Translations under genes and position numbers: made by a program
Shown: positions 8,466-21,100 of the stretch, in pieces
How the letters are laid out: every line of letters begins with the position of its first letter
Position numbering within the stretch: the stretch's first letter is position 1
Notes under the pieces: generated by a model
What the model was told of the DNA's origin: nothing
Databases searched by the model: none
Seen by the model: only the letters and a program-made list of their open reading frames with translations
IMG/VR virus record: IMGVR_UViG_3300024270_000041
DNA: 56,521 nt
Reading direction: 5' to 3' (one strand)
Source of the DNA: an uncultured virus (IMG/VR IMGVR_UViG_3300024270_000041)
Taxonomy: Duplodnaviria; Heunggongvirae; Uroviricota; Caudoviricetes

Positions 8466-10342
8466 GATTTTTAGGAAATGAAGCTGAAGGGCGTCACGTG
8501 ATGCCCTTATCAATCATTTATGATAACCCACGAGAGGCATCAGATATGTTGATGATTCTTTATAAGGACATCGATACCGGTGAGAAGTTCGTCAAGAATA
8601 TCGAGAATCCTGAAATTGACATCTATATTGTCAAGGAGCAATATAGAAACCAGAGCCCAGCTGAAAATCCGCTTAATATGGACGGTTCATATCGTCCCGA
8701 CTTCTATATGAAAGACCAGTGCGATGTGGTTAGGGTTAAGTATCGTAAGCGAAAGTATGCGGCTGCGAAAATACTCGGTATATCACCGGAAGATGTTGAT
8801 GCTTCACCATATGTCGGCGGAACCGATATGGATATACGTCATTGGTACTTTGTAGAATTCTTACATGAATACAGTAATGATTTGCCAAAGCCTATTAGCG
8901 TAGGATACTACGATATCGAAGCCGATACCAGAGGTTATGGTACTAATGAATTCGGTGATAATTATGGTAAATTCCCAATTACTGCAATCACTTATATATC
9001 AGACGTTCGAAACCAGGTATATGTATTCGTCCTCAATTGTCCGGAGTTCGGAAGAATGGATGAGATTATAAATAATACCGAAGGTTTGCGTCGAGAGATG
9101 CACGAAGAGTTTGATGAGAAGTTCGGTACCATGGAGTATAACATCGTTATATTCGATAAAGAAATCGAAATGATAAACGCGTTTTGGGCATTGGTAAAGG
9201 CTGTTGAAGACGACTTCACCCTCGCGTGGAACGCACCATTCGATATCGGTAACCTGACATATCGACCAGCCGAACTGGGATATGACCCAGTATCAATTAT
9301 TCATGACCCACGATTTGCTCGTAAGGTCGTGATATTCAATGAAGACAGAGCGACATTCGTTGCACATAAGAAGAGACATAAGATAACCTATACATTACCT
9401 ACTATCCTGGACGACCACATGCGTATATATTCCGGTGTCAGATCAGCTAGAGGTAAGCTTCCTAGTACAGCACTCGATAAAGTTGCTAAACGTGAGAAGA
9501 TAGGTGGAAAGAAGACATATGAGGGTGACATCAACCAGTTCATGCTCACTAACTTCTGGGATTATATTATCTACAACGTTAACGACGTTCATTTGATGAG
9601 AGCTATCAATAATAAGGTCAATGATACTGGAGACATTTATTCACGTATGCTTAACTCAGGCGTGTCGAATGATGAGGTATTCGTATCCACTACTATCTGG
9701 GCACAGTATATCAAGAATGACCTCGAATCAAAACGTGGTAGATTCTTGGCTAATAATAAGAATAAATTCCTGGCAAAGACCCAAGAAATTATCGAGTATG
9801 GCTTCGACAGTGATGCTGTTGATGAAGATGATGGAGACGATGAGGATGAATCCGATGAATGTCTCCAGGAGGTGCTCGGGGCTATTGCAGACCAGCAGAA
9901 CCTTATCGATGAGAAGACGGGTAAGAAGAAGAAATTCGCAGGTGCTATAGTACTCGATACCCGTCGTACCAGATATACAGGTACTAAGATTAATGGTATG
10001 GAGTGCAACTTCGTACATCGACATGCCATAGACCAGGATATCACATCCGAGTATCCTACAGCAATCACTATCAGTAACCAGTCAAATGATACATTCGTTG
10101 GAAAGATTTATGTCGACGATGCCGATGAAATCAAACTCCCGTTCTATGAGCAATATAGCTTCTTGGATAATAAAGACGCTAGCGAATATAAGTGCAACAA
10201 GGCTGCACTTATGCTCGAGACAGCTATCCAGGGCGACTATATGATGGTAGGCGAGATAGCATTAGGATTACCTAAGTTGGCTGACTTAGAGAAGATGGTT
10301 ATAAACATGGCCGGAGATAAACTTACGAAGGGAGATAAATAA
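8462..10342 (+). CDS. family B DNA polymerase, N-terminal subunit (3'-5' exonuclease + motif A) of a split enzyme
   Basis: ExoI YYDIEAD, ExoII AWNAPFD, ExoIII YNVND, FAGAIV and motif A-like DQDITSEYP; motifs B and C are absent. Confidence 0.88.
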   Translation: MRFLGNEAEGRHVMPLSIIYDNPREASDMLMILYKDIDTGEKFVKNIENPEIDIYIVKEQYRNQSPAENPLNMDGSYRPDFYMKDQCDVVRVKYRKRKYAAAKILGISPEDVDASPYVGGTDMDIRHWYFVEFLHEYSNDLPKPISVGYYDIEADTRGYGTNEFGDNYGKFPITAITYISDVRNQVYVFVLNCPEFGRMDEIINNTEGLRREMHEEFDEKFGTMEYNIVIFDKEIEMINAFWALVKAVEDDFTLAWNAPFDIGNLTYRPAELGYDPVSIIHDPRFARKVVIFNEDRATFVAHKKRHKITYTLPTILDDHMRIYSGVRSARGKLPSTALDKVAKREKIGGKKTYEGDINQFMLTNFWDYIIYNVNDVHLMRAINNKVNDTGDIYSRMLNSGVSNDEVFVSTTIWAQYIKNDLESKRGRFLANNKNKFLAKTQEIIEYGFDSDAVDEDDGDDEDESDECLQEVLGAIADQQNLIDEKTGKKKKFAGAIVLDTRRTRYTGTKINGMECNFVHRHAIDQDITSEYPTAITISNQSNDTFVGKIYVDDADEIKLPFYEQYSFLDNKDASEYKCNKAALMLETAIQGDYMMVGEIALGLPKLADLEKMVINMAGDKLTKGDK

Positions 10343-10344
10343 TC

Positions 10345-11034
10345 ATGGCATATAAGTTGACATTCCCACTTGATGAATTTAAGAAGATGAATTCGATGCT
10401 CACAGAGTACTACTCAGAGTATTTCATTGATGATAAATCAGGATTGATTATGGGTACAAGTTTGAACGAGTATGCGTTTAATATAGCTACCATATCTCCC
10501 GATCTTTTATCAAAGTTATCTCTGGGCTCAGTTCTTCTTCATCCTAATTACATGCGTAAGCAAGTGGGTGACCTTAAGAAGACAATGACATACGTGTACA
10601 ATGACAATGATGTATTCCGTGTGTATGAATTCGAGGATAAGATAAAAGATATACCAGATATGACCAAGGGCAAATTGGTAGTATCGTTAATTCATCATGA
10701 AGAGAACTCTATGGATGCAAATGCTATTCATATGCGAGATATTACCAACAGGATTAAGCCGTATGGCGAATATCTGAATCAGCATCTGGAATTCGAAGAT
10801 ATTCCACGACCATACTACATGTCTCAGTTTATAGCTAACGATATATTATCTCTGGAAGACGATGATGGTGGTCATCTTATAGTAACACGTCAGATGTTTC
10901 CAAAGTATCAAAGGGTTGATGGTATTTCGTGGACGTCCGTCAATCTAGATGATGAGTTCCGATTGGGTATATTTGAGACAAAACACCCCATTCTAACGAT
11001 GTATACATTCGTCAAGTATCTACGAGGCATTTAA
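10345..11034 (+). CDS. hypothetical protein in the polymerase operon
   Basis: 229-aa ORF directly after the polymerase gene. Confidence 0.8.
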   Translation: MAYKLTFPLDEFKKMNSMLTEYYSEYFIDDKSGLIMGTSLNEYAFNIATISPDLLSKLSLGSVLLHPNYMRKQVGDLKKTMTYVYNDNDVFRVYEFEDKIKDIPDMTKGKLVVSLIHHEENSMDANAIHMRDITNRIKPYGEYLNQHLEFEDIPRPYYMSQFIANDILSLEDDDGGHLIVTRQMFPKYQRVDGISWTSVNLDDEFRLGIFETKHPILTMYTFVKYLRGI

Positions 11035-11039
11035 TTAAT

Positions 11040-11066
11040 ATCCCATTACCATTATGGTAATGGGAT
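11040..11066. terminator. repeated hairpin ATCCCATTACC..GGTAATGGGAT, copy 3
   Basis: Perfect inverted repeat after a stop codon. Confidence 0.75.
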
Positions 11067-11105
11067 GAACTATTCAAGCATGACCCATAACAGGAGGTAA
11101 AAGTT

Positions 11106-11360
11106 ATGGCAAATATTTATATATGTACAGACCGCCAGCCTGTGAGTGAAGAATTCTCTAAGAGCGTCGCTGGCGTATCTCTTTTACTCAAAAGGAGTAA
11201 AGTTGATGGTAAGCTCGCTGTTATCAGCGCAGCGAGCGGTGAGATCCTTTGGGTGACGACGGCCATCCAGCATGAGGAACGAGACGTACCTGGTACTGAT
11301 CTCGTTATCGTGACGGCGAATTCCAAATATACATTTAGAAAGATTGGTGAAACAGTATAA
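11106..11360 (+). CDS. hypothetical protein
   Basis: 84-aa ORF with AGGAGG RBS. Confidence 0.8.
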   Translation: MANIYICTDRQPVSEEFSKSVAGVSLLLKRSKVDGKLAVISAASGEILWVTTAIQHEERDVPGTDLVIVTANSKYTFRKIGETV

Positions 11361-11375
11361 TCTCACCAATCTCCT

Positions 11376-11403
11376 CACCCGCCAATTGGTGGGTGATTTT
11401 TTT
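11376..11403 (+). terminator. intrinsic terminator
   Basis: TCACCCGCCA/TGGTGGGTGA stem followed by a T-run. Confidence 0.75.
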
Positions 11404-11430
11404 GCTATAAATCGATACAAAGAGTATAAT
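11402..11430 (+). promoter_or_regulatory. host sigmaA/sigma70-type promoter
   Basis: TTGCTA (11402-07), 17-bp spacer, TATAAT (11425-30). Confidence 0.7.
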
Positions 11431-11435
11431 GATAT

Positions 11436-12106
11436 CACTATGGATACCGTAACCTATATTAGTATGTGTGGTACATGTACATGGTTATAATCCGAACGAT
11501 ACCATTATATCAAAACTTCCAACGGGTATAGTGGTAGTGTATACATCTTATTCAGAGATATCAGATGTATACTTACGTTTTAACATATGATTGGTAGTAC
11601 GAGGTTCGTTACTACCATTACAATATCGATATCTCATCGTCATATGTTAGTAGTGTTTGGCTGCCAAACTATAAAGCCTATCATTCTTATTTTCTTAAAG
11701 AACACAATTTGTCATCTCTGTCCCTGACTAACTAAGTTCATCCTCTACTCCGGCATATTCAGATGCCATTGAGACTCGATACGTTGATGCCGGTTAGTAT
11801 ATGCTCGCATGCAGTGATTATATCATACGAACACTATTCGGTGATAGCTATCATATAAGACTCCAATGAGCTTCGTAATGAGTAGATTGACGAGACTGGA
11901 TTTAATTCTAGTAGCGTATCGAAAGTTATGCGGTTATAGATGAGCATTGATAGTTAAGCTGCTTTGGCTAGTAGTGCGATTATACACAGATATGGAGTAT
12001 AAAATATCGCTATCATTTTATCCTCTCATTAGTGAGTAGAGTTGAGCTTCTACGGATGGGTTAGAGTTATAATACCAGGTATACCATTAATGGTATACCT
12101 GGTATT
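11436..12106 (+). ncRNA. candidate large structured non-coding RNA (~670 nt)
   Basis: No ORF of 60 aa or more in the ORF track; many local and long-range helices; promoter upstream and a perfect terminal hairpin downstream. Confidence 0.65.
12071..12106. terminator. perfect 36-bp palindrome (terminator-like)
   Basis: AATACCAGGTATACCA-TTAA-TGGTATACCTGGTATT. Confidence 0.75.
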
Positions 12107-12135
12107 TGTCCCCGACTTAGCTTAGAATAGCGAAA

Positions 12136-12147
12136 AACAGCCATATA
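12136..12147 (+). promoter_or_regulatory. late-type promoter AACA-N6-TA
   Basis: AACA gccata TA before the giant tail gene. Confidence 0.65.
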
Positions 12148-12190
12148 ACCTATATAACCAATTTCAATAAGAAAGAGGTGGACTATAAGT

Positions 12191-15100
12191 ATGGCTTCTA
12201 ATAGAAGTAAAAGCAAAGTATTACAGAATGCCGAGAAGGCATTTAAGTACTCAGCAGTACCGGCTATTACGAGTAAAGTACCGTATATGACTGGTACTGC
12301 ACAGAGTGCTATATCAGTCGCGAAGGACCTTCGCGACTGGACAATCAGAAATAACCCGTTTAGAGCAGTGAATGGTAACAAAGACCCATTGATTAGACAG
12401 ATCGCCACTGCAACCGCAAATGCTGTTAAATCGGCAAAATTGGATCTTAAGTCTGGGGACTTGACATTTAGGAATCTAAATAAGGCTGTTAGAGATTTCG
12501 TAGGCGAAGATTCATTGTTGGACGGCTTTGATAATCTGGACATCGATTTCGGTTCCGACCTCGGGGACTCATTATTTTCGAATTCGGGACAGGACGACCA
12601 GACCTCTGATATTACCACCGCATCTGCAATGATGGCAGTGGGCGACACGTTGTCACGAACTCAGGCGGTTACCACAGAGGCGATGATTGGTGCTGTAGAA
12701 CATTCGACAGAAAGAATCACTAAAACCCAAATGGTTATGACTGATACTGCAGTAACACGACTAATATCCAGTAACATGACTATAGCCGCCAGGACTTCGA
12801 CTCAATTAGGTACGATCTCCGAAGACATAAAAGTTGTGAATAAAAATCTCTCGCTACTGGTTGAGCAGTCGAACAGTTTCTCTTCATTTATCAACCAGTC
12901 ACAGAGATATATGGAGCATACCGAGCAGACATTGAACGATATTAAAGCATTATTGGAGGCCAGTCATTCTCAGGGTAAGAATGACGGATATGGTGGTAGT
13001 TATAATGACGGATTTATGTCTGGACACTTCGACATCAAAAAATATATCCACCATATATTCAATAATACATCCTCTGGTATCATTGCATCTCAGGTAATCG
13101 GTACCACTATGAAAGCTCTTAAGATGGAACTGCCCTCATTTATTGATGAGATGAATGCTTTCTCCATCGGAGATTTGAATCCTCTCAAGATGGGTATTGA
13201 GAAGCTTATCCCTGCAATTGGAAGAATTGCTGATTTGGATAAAACTTTCGAGCGGTCGATTAAGATGTTCATGGCCAGACTTGCAGAAGGAGAATACGGA
13301 GGATTCCTCAATGGCTTAGGTGTAGAGGGATTCGGCATGAGAGAGCGTAACCGTGTTATTTACGACTCGAGATATTACGAAAAAGGTAATATGCAGTGGA
13401 ACGGTATGGCTCAGCGCGCTTTGATGGAGGTTATCCCAGGATACTTATCTAGTATGGAAGGCTATCTCAAACAGATAGCTGAGAATACATATAAAGGTAA
13501 AGATAGGTATGCACTTAACACATCGTCGCTCCGTCACTTCGATTATGATCTTGGGCAATTTGCAACTTTGAGTGATATACGCGAAAGAACTAAGAAAGAA
13601 TTAACATCATCTCTTCAGAGTTCATATGATAATTTCGTTGAGATGACAGAAAAAATCACCAATGGCTCGGACGAGCTGAACCAGGAGCTCACCAATTATC
13701 TGCGAAAGATTAATAGCTCAGAGAACGATAGTAAGATTTCACGTAAAGAATGGATGAACGAATTTAAGGCTATCGTTGGAAAACATCGTAAAGATGGTAT
13801 TACTGACGACCAGATAATGAAGGCATATGATGCATTGGTATGGGCTCGAGAGCAGTCCCTAGACGAAAGGAACCGAATTCGTACGGCAGCTGCACGAAGA
13901 GAATCCAGTGCATTTTATCTTGGCGATGAGCTCAATACCATGACCCCAGACCTGGTATATAAGGGACTGAAGGAGATTAAGCAGGATCGATATAATTCGC
14001 TATCTGAAAATGATAAGAAAGAGGCCGACCGTCAGAAACGAAACGAAGAACGGAGGAAGGGCTTCTTCGAAAAAACAGTAGCCAAATTGGGATTAACTGA
14101 TGATGCTAAAGCAATAAAGGAAATGTTTAGCCATGGTGGTCCTATTAATAGAGGAGTGGACTTCGTATCTGATAAGCTTCAGGGAGTCTTACTGAATCTT
14201 ATATACGGTGGCCTCAAGTCCTATGATGTCGGAAGTCAGAATATCCCTAATGACCAGGTAGCTAATATTCACAAGGGTGAAATGATTATCCCTAAGGATG
14301 TCGCCGACCAGATTCGTGCCGGTAATTTTGACAATGCGCAGGTTAAGGAATGGCTTAATATCACAGCAGGTTCTGTTGAGAATAGCACATCCGTACTATC
14401 GTCCATTCAGAGCATGTTCGTCGGTAACTCTAAGACCAAGTCTAAGACTCGTAAAGCTATGGGTGCTATGGTCGAATACGCCGATGACTATTATAAGGTA
14501 GCTATCGATGCTGAAGCTATCAAGGATGGCGACCTCAGAGGTATCTGGGTATCCATGCTCGAAAACATGGCTAACCAGACAGCTATTCTCGCACATAATG
14601 CCGAAAGAGATGCAGGATTCGATGATAAGGACGGTCGTAGTGACCTTTCTAAGAGAATTCTCGGTGAGAAGGATAAGAATGGCCTCTATAAAGGCACTAT
14701 GTTTAGTCAATATGCTAACATAGGTCTTGACTTTAAGAATGCCATCAGACATGCCATGTATGGCGAAGAGTATATTACGTCAGAAGGCGTTAAGGTCGCT
14801 AAATCGGATGATACAGTTCTCTCTACTTTATCTAAGGGTATGAAGAAAGCTGGTGATACAGCTCTTTCATATATCTTTGGAGAAGATTATAAAAATACCA
14901 AACAGTTCAAGGCAGTATCAAAAGGCTATAGTGAACTCAAGGCAGGTATTACTGGTAAAGCATCAGACGGAGTTCAGCTGACTCCGGATGAAGAAAAGGC
15001 TGTCGAAGAAGCACTTCAGCAGACAGCTGATAAGGGACTTGAACTTAATAAGAAACTCATTGGTCACGTTAAGGGTGGCCTGTTAGGTGCAATTACCGTA

Positions 15101-18100
15101 GGTGGTATTGGTCTTATGGGTGGCGGTGGTGTAGTGCCAATGCTTCTCGGAGCAGGTGGACCTATTGGTGGTGCAATTATCGGTGCGGGTCTTTCTATTC
15201 TCACTAGAAACGAATCCTTCATGGATAAGATGTTCGGTGAGATGAAGGATGGTGAACGTGTCGGTGGCGTAATCTCCAAGGAGATGCAGGAAAGATGGAA
15301 AGACCTCGGTAGTAAGCTCCTTGGTCCGGCAGTACTTGGTGCAGCTGGTTCATTTATCTTCCCTAAACTTACTAGAGGTATACTTGGACCGGTTGGTTCA
15401 TTTATGCTTGGTACTGGACCTATCGCAGGCGCTGCACTTGGTATAGGTGCATCTCTCATCATGAAGAGCCAGCCAGTGCAGGATTTGCTCTACGGTGAAG
15501 AGGGTAAAGGTGGTAATACCGGATTAGTTGGTAGTGTTAAGAACGCTGCAAAGGATTTCTGGAATAAGAATAAGCAGCATGCGGGTGCTATGGGACTTGG
15601 AGGTATCGGTGGTGCTCTCCTAGGTCTCAAGGGTGCTGGTGCATTAGGACTTGGTGGATTCGGTTTAGTCGGTAGCATTGTGGGCATGTCTATCCTCGGT
15701 GCATCATTCGGCCTTAAAGCCACATCTGATAAGTTTAAAGACTTCCTCTTTGGTTCCAGAAAGTTTAAGAGAGATAAGAATGGAAATCTCGTTCCAGACG
15801 GACGTGATGGTGATGGCCTTATCGGTAAGATTTCTCGTAAGTTCATTACTAGTGTCATGACACCTGCTCGAGTATTCGCACGTTCCATTTCACGTAACTT
15901 CACAGAGTGGATTCGATATGATGTTGCACATCAGCTCAAGTCTGCATTTGAACCATTTACCCTTGCTATCAAGGGTGGCGTCCAGGGTATTGCTGACGGC
16001 ATGCATGCCGTTACCGATAAACTCATGGACCTCGCTAAGAAAATCACTAACCCGATTAAGAAAATCGTCGGTGGGCTTCTTAAATTTGCTGGTAAGACAG
16101 TAATGGGCGGTCTTAAGACAGGTGCATCTATTGCCGGTGGTGTAATATCTGCACCTCTTAAAGTATTAGGACACTTTGGTCGTAGATTCTCCAAGAAATA
16201 CGATCCAACAGTTGCTGCTAATAATAAGAAATTCCGTTTTGGATATACCGATGCGAGTGGTAAAAAGCATCGAGGATTCTGGAACCCTCTTCAGAGGCTT
16301 GCTGATGCAAGGGATGCGTTCCTCGATAGCGATGGGGGCTTCTTTGACGCTCTTGCTGCGGGTGGTCATATGCTCAACCCATTCACTGCATATGCTGATG
16401 CTAAATATCAGTACTCCAAGGATACGGGATATAATAATGCTGCATTCTTAGGAGGCTTCTTCGGTGCAGCTGGTCAGAAGCATCGACAGATTAAGAAGGC
16501 TAATAGACGTAAAGATAAAATGGAGAGCAGGATTGCCGATTGGACAGCAGAGTGGGCAAAGAAGGACAACTGGAACGATAAGGTTATCCTCAATAAGAAG
16601 GAACTCAATGCACGTAATAGCCGTCTCAGAAAGATAATGGGTAAGGACTACGATAAAGTCCTTGATAGATTCGGTAATAAGAGCGGTTCTCTTACCAGTG
16701 AAGAGATGATTCAGTTCATGTACGACCCATTTGGTAAGAAGAAAAGCGAAAAGGATGCTCAGGCTAATACAGCTAAAAAGGCAAATACATTCCTTCAGGA
16801 TATCAAGCATATCGCATACGAAATACTCCAGTTCGTCTCTGGTGGCAAACCAAAAGGCGCCCCTTTATCAGGACCAGTTGCTAAGATTGGTAATGCGTTG
16901 GCTCCTAAAGGTGGTTCCAAGAGAAAACAGTCCAGAAATAAGGGCGCTGTCGACAGTAGCATGTACGACTTCATGAAGCAAGCAAAAAGTAGAGGCTTCG
17001 GCAGTATTAGTGCAATTGCCAGTGCTACTGGTATAGATGTAAACGACCTCAAAAATTTCCTTGCTGGAAATCGTGACGCGATTAGTGGTAAAGCCAGACG
17101 ATCGATGTTTAAACAGATGGGTTATATCGACACATCAACGTTCGGTGGTAAAGTAAAGAAAGCATTTACAACTCAGCATGCACTTGCTAAATATATAACC
17201 GACGGTCAATATCGTAAATCGGTAAATCAAAAACTTGAAAGTAAATCCAACGTGTTTAAATATGCATTGAATGCTGGATACCGTAAGAGTTTACATCAGC
17301 AGTATAATGTTACGAGTAGTAAGAGTCTCCTCGATTGCGTAATAGATGCTGGTTATTTCTATGGCATTAAGCAGGATAAGAAGGTCGATTATAGAAAATT
17401 ATCAGCTGATACAGGAATCGACCCCGACAAACTGAAGAACCTCCTTGAGGGTCGAGAAGATGACTTGAAGGATGATGAGAGGACTATATTATATGATAAG
17501 GTAGGGTACGTCGGTGATAAGTTCCAGGCCGGTAAACTTATCAAGAACATGATAGGAACTAAGGTTAAGAATAAAGTCAATTCGATAAAAACCACCCTAT
17601 ATAATAAGACACAGCCATTACGTAATGCCGCTAAGAAAGTCCAGAGTGGAATCGGCGTAATTAAAGGCAAGATCGCTCCTCTTCAAGATAAGGGTAAGGA
17701 ACTGTTTAAACAAGCATCAGAAGCTGCGAAGTTTAAGCTCGACAATAAGATGACCAGTAAACAGAAAGAATTCATGCATAAATATCTCACACCATATGAG
17801 ATAAAGATATTCAAGCAACTGTCTATATCTGAGCGTAATAACATAATGAGATTGTGGGCTACTGATGATGGTCGCTCTGCAATAGCAGCATTGCAGCAAC
17901 ATGGCAAGGAGCTTAAGAAAAAGACAGATGCCAATCGTAAGAAGCTCGGTCGTAATGTAGCAATGACTGATGAAGAAAAAGCTACATTTGAATGGCTCAA
18001 GGTCAACGCTAAGAAATCTAAATTAGAGCCAGATGTACAGAAGACATGTCTTAAGGTATACCGTAAGATGACATCTACCGAAAGGGCAGAAATTGAGGTA

Positions 18101-21100
18101 TATCGTAAAAACAAAGACGTTGTGGGAGCATTCACATATCTTAAAGACCATGCAGGAAAGATTAAATCGTTTGCTGAACGAGTTAAAGGCGCTGCGGGCG
18201 CTCTAAAGGCAGGTGCGTCCACGATAGCTGGTAAAGCCGCTGCGGGCGCATCCTCTATATTCGGTGCATTATTTGGAACAACAGGAGGTCTCAAATCCCT
18301 CGCTGGTATAGCGATAGGTGCAGGCGTCATGTTCCTCTTTAATAAATTCCCAGGAATTATGGAGAGTATCAAGACTATTATTGGTAATATCAAGGATTGG
18401 TTCATGGAAACTGCATGGCCATTTATTACTGATAAGATAGTTCCGGCTGCCAAGAAGATCTTTGAAGGAATCGGAACTGTAGTAGAGAAAATTTTCAACT
18501 TCATTGCCAACCCGGAAGAAGAGGGTGCTGCACTTTCTTCAAACTGGTTTACAGGAATGGATAAATCCGCAGAACAGTTGAAGGCTGAATCTGATACAGC
18601 TGCGAAGTATGGTTTATCAACTACAGAAGAAATGCTTAATTATGCGACTGGAGACCATGGAATATGGACTAGTGACATTGGTGATGGTGGTCTTGCAGAA
18701 ATCGTTGGTAAAAAGGCGGGTTCTAAGTATACAGCTAAGGATGGACTTATTGCAGCATATGTAGTTATCGGTAATGAGTACATGTTATACAATAACCCAT
18801 TTATAGCACCGACAGTCGAGCAGTTGTCAGCATTTATCGAAGATCCTAAAATCTTAAAAGCCGTTAAGAAGTTCTATAAAGAAATTGCAACACAACGTGG
18901 AATTAAACCGAAGAAGTATGATGATACATCGGCTTCCGATAGAAAAGCTGCTCTTCAGCAAGCTGTACAGTATCTGGAAGGTAAGTATGGTGGTCATAGA
19001 AACGTTCAAATCAACATGAATAACGCCGCTGGTATTACTATGGAACAGGCTGCTGCTAATGCAGCCGCAGAAGCATCAGGTAGTGTCGGCTCAGGCCACT
19101 TCATGCAGACTGACCCAAGATGGGCAAATGCTAGATATGCAAATGCTGGTCGTGGTAATTTCTCCACTATGGGTAATGGTGGATGTGGACCTACTGCACT
19201 TGCTAATGCGGCAATGAGCCAGGGTGTATCCACTAATCCTATGGCAGTAGCGCGTCTCTCCAGAAACGGCGGATATGCAGTAGGTGGGGGTACATCTGCT
19301 GGTCTATTCACTAACGGTGCTCGAAGACTTGGTCTTCAGTCTACAGCAATTGGAGCAGGCTCAATTAAGCGAGCACTTAGTAATGGTAACAGTGTCGTAT
19401 TTGCTGGAAAGGGTAATGGCCTCTATACTAGAGCTGGACATATTATGTCTGCTCGTGGTATCGATAGACACGGAAATGTTATCGTTGATGACCCAATGAG
19501 ACGCAATTCGGTAAGCGTCCCACTATCGACTCTTGGTAGAGGTATGACTCATGCATGGTCTATTGGACGTGGCGGTGAGACATATACTGATAACAAGGGT
19601 AATGTTTATGAGAAGATAACCAGTTTTGACCAGCTTAGTGCTGCAGCTAAGAAGAAAGATCTTACTAACTACTCCGACCAGGACCTCGGTATGCTCATGG
19701 CTAAATGCCAGAATGGCGAAGCCGATATTAATATAGCAGAATTTTACTTCCTTACATCACAACGAGAGATCAATAGAAAGAATGGTCTTGCAGACATGAG
19801 CTCTATGGACTATCATATCTCACTGCGTGGTGACGATAGTATGTTATATAATAACGTGCTTATGTACAACCAGACTAACGAGAAATGGAAGGATAAATTC
19901 CTCGTATACACTAATGACACATCAACTATCGGTAATGCAGGATGTGTAGTTACTGCATTCGGCTCATTATTGGCCAACTTAACAGGACTCAACTATAGAC
20001 CTGACTTTATGACAAATGCCATTGCCGGAAAGACTCGTACTGGCAATAGCCTGATTACTATTCTGGGAAATAGTAGATCCCCAAGTATTTCCAATGCAAC
20101 GCCTCAAAGATTTCTCATTAATGGGCATACGCATGGCCAGGCAACTAACAGTGAGGCAATTTATCCGAACTGGTATGAGCCACATGAAGGACCTTTTATG
20201 GGTAGTATGGATTGGTCTACTGGAACGATGACGTATCATAGGAATAATGATGAGCTCAGGTTCCTCGATACTATCTCGTCTGGACCATTCGTTATCTACG
20301 GTGGTTCGATTTATAATAAGGATATGGATAAAGTTTCTACTTATGGAACTGAACCAGGCACATATGCATCATCAATCTCTGGTTATACTCATATGCATCC
20401 GTTCTATCGCCCATCTGATGGAAAGATGTATACTAACCACGCATACTTGGTAGTACCTAAAACATTTGGTGGAGCTTCATCCGTAGCTCAGCAGGAATAT
20501 TATCTGTATGACCCAGGAAGTGGCCAGCTTGAAAATCAGGGACGTGCATTATCTTACAGTGCATTATTCTCACCACATGGTGGTGTACAGTCAGTATTCG
20601 GATTTTCCGGTTTGGCTAGTACTCCATTTGGCGGAGTTCTCGGTAAAGAACCTGCCGTGGAAGACCTCAATTGGTGGCAAAGTATGTATAATGCTGACGA
20701 TCTTGCGGAACTTTATAGGACATCGTCCGAGCATACTCGTAGGAAGTATCAGTATGAAAATTCATGGACTGGCACAGATACATCAACCGATGAGTCCTCA
20801 GACGACAGTCTTCTGACAAAAATTATGAATGCTCTCAGTGGTCTTGGTGATATTGCGATGGGACTACTGGGTAAAATATTTGGTGGTAAGGGAGACCTTC
20901 CAACCATGACCGATTATGCCAACCAGTCAGTTTATAACAACGGTGGAAGCGGAAGCGGTGGTAGTGGTGGATCCGGTTACGTTAGCAACGACGGTTCAAT
21001 CTACTATAAGGGTGAGAAGGTCAGCAGTCGTGCTCTCACGATGGACCTCTCTAAATACTCGGACTATGACATTGCTATGTTACAGCAGCGAATTATGAAG

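Noticed and set aside
11436..12106. tmRNA, RNase P RNA, tRNA cluster or group I intron as the identity of the non-coding region
   Set aside because: I could not find tRNA-like ends or a T-loop with CCA, the RNase P GAGGAAAGTCC motif, or an interrupted gene on either side. A covariance-model search is still needed.
11184..12648. Minus-strand ORFs 11184-11438 and 12067-12648
   Set aside because: They are antisense to well-supported genes, cross terminators and have no convincing RBS.
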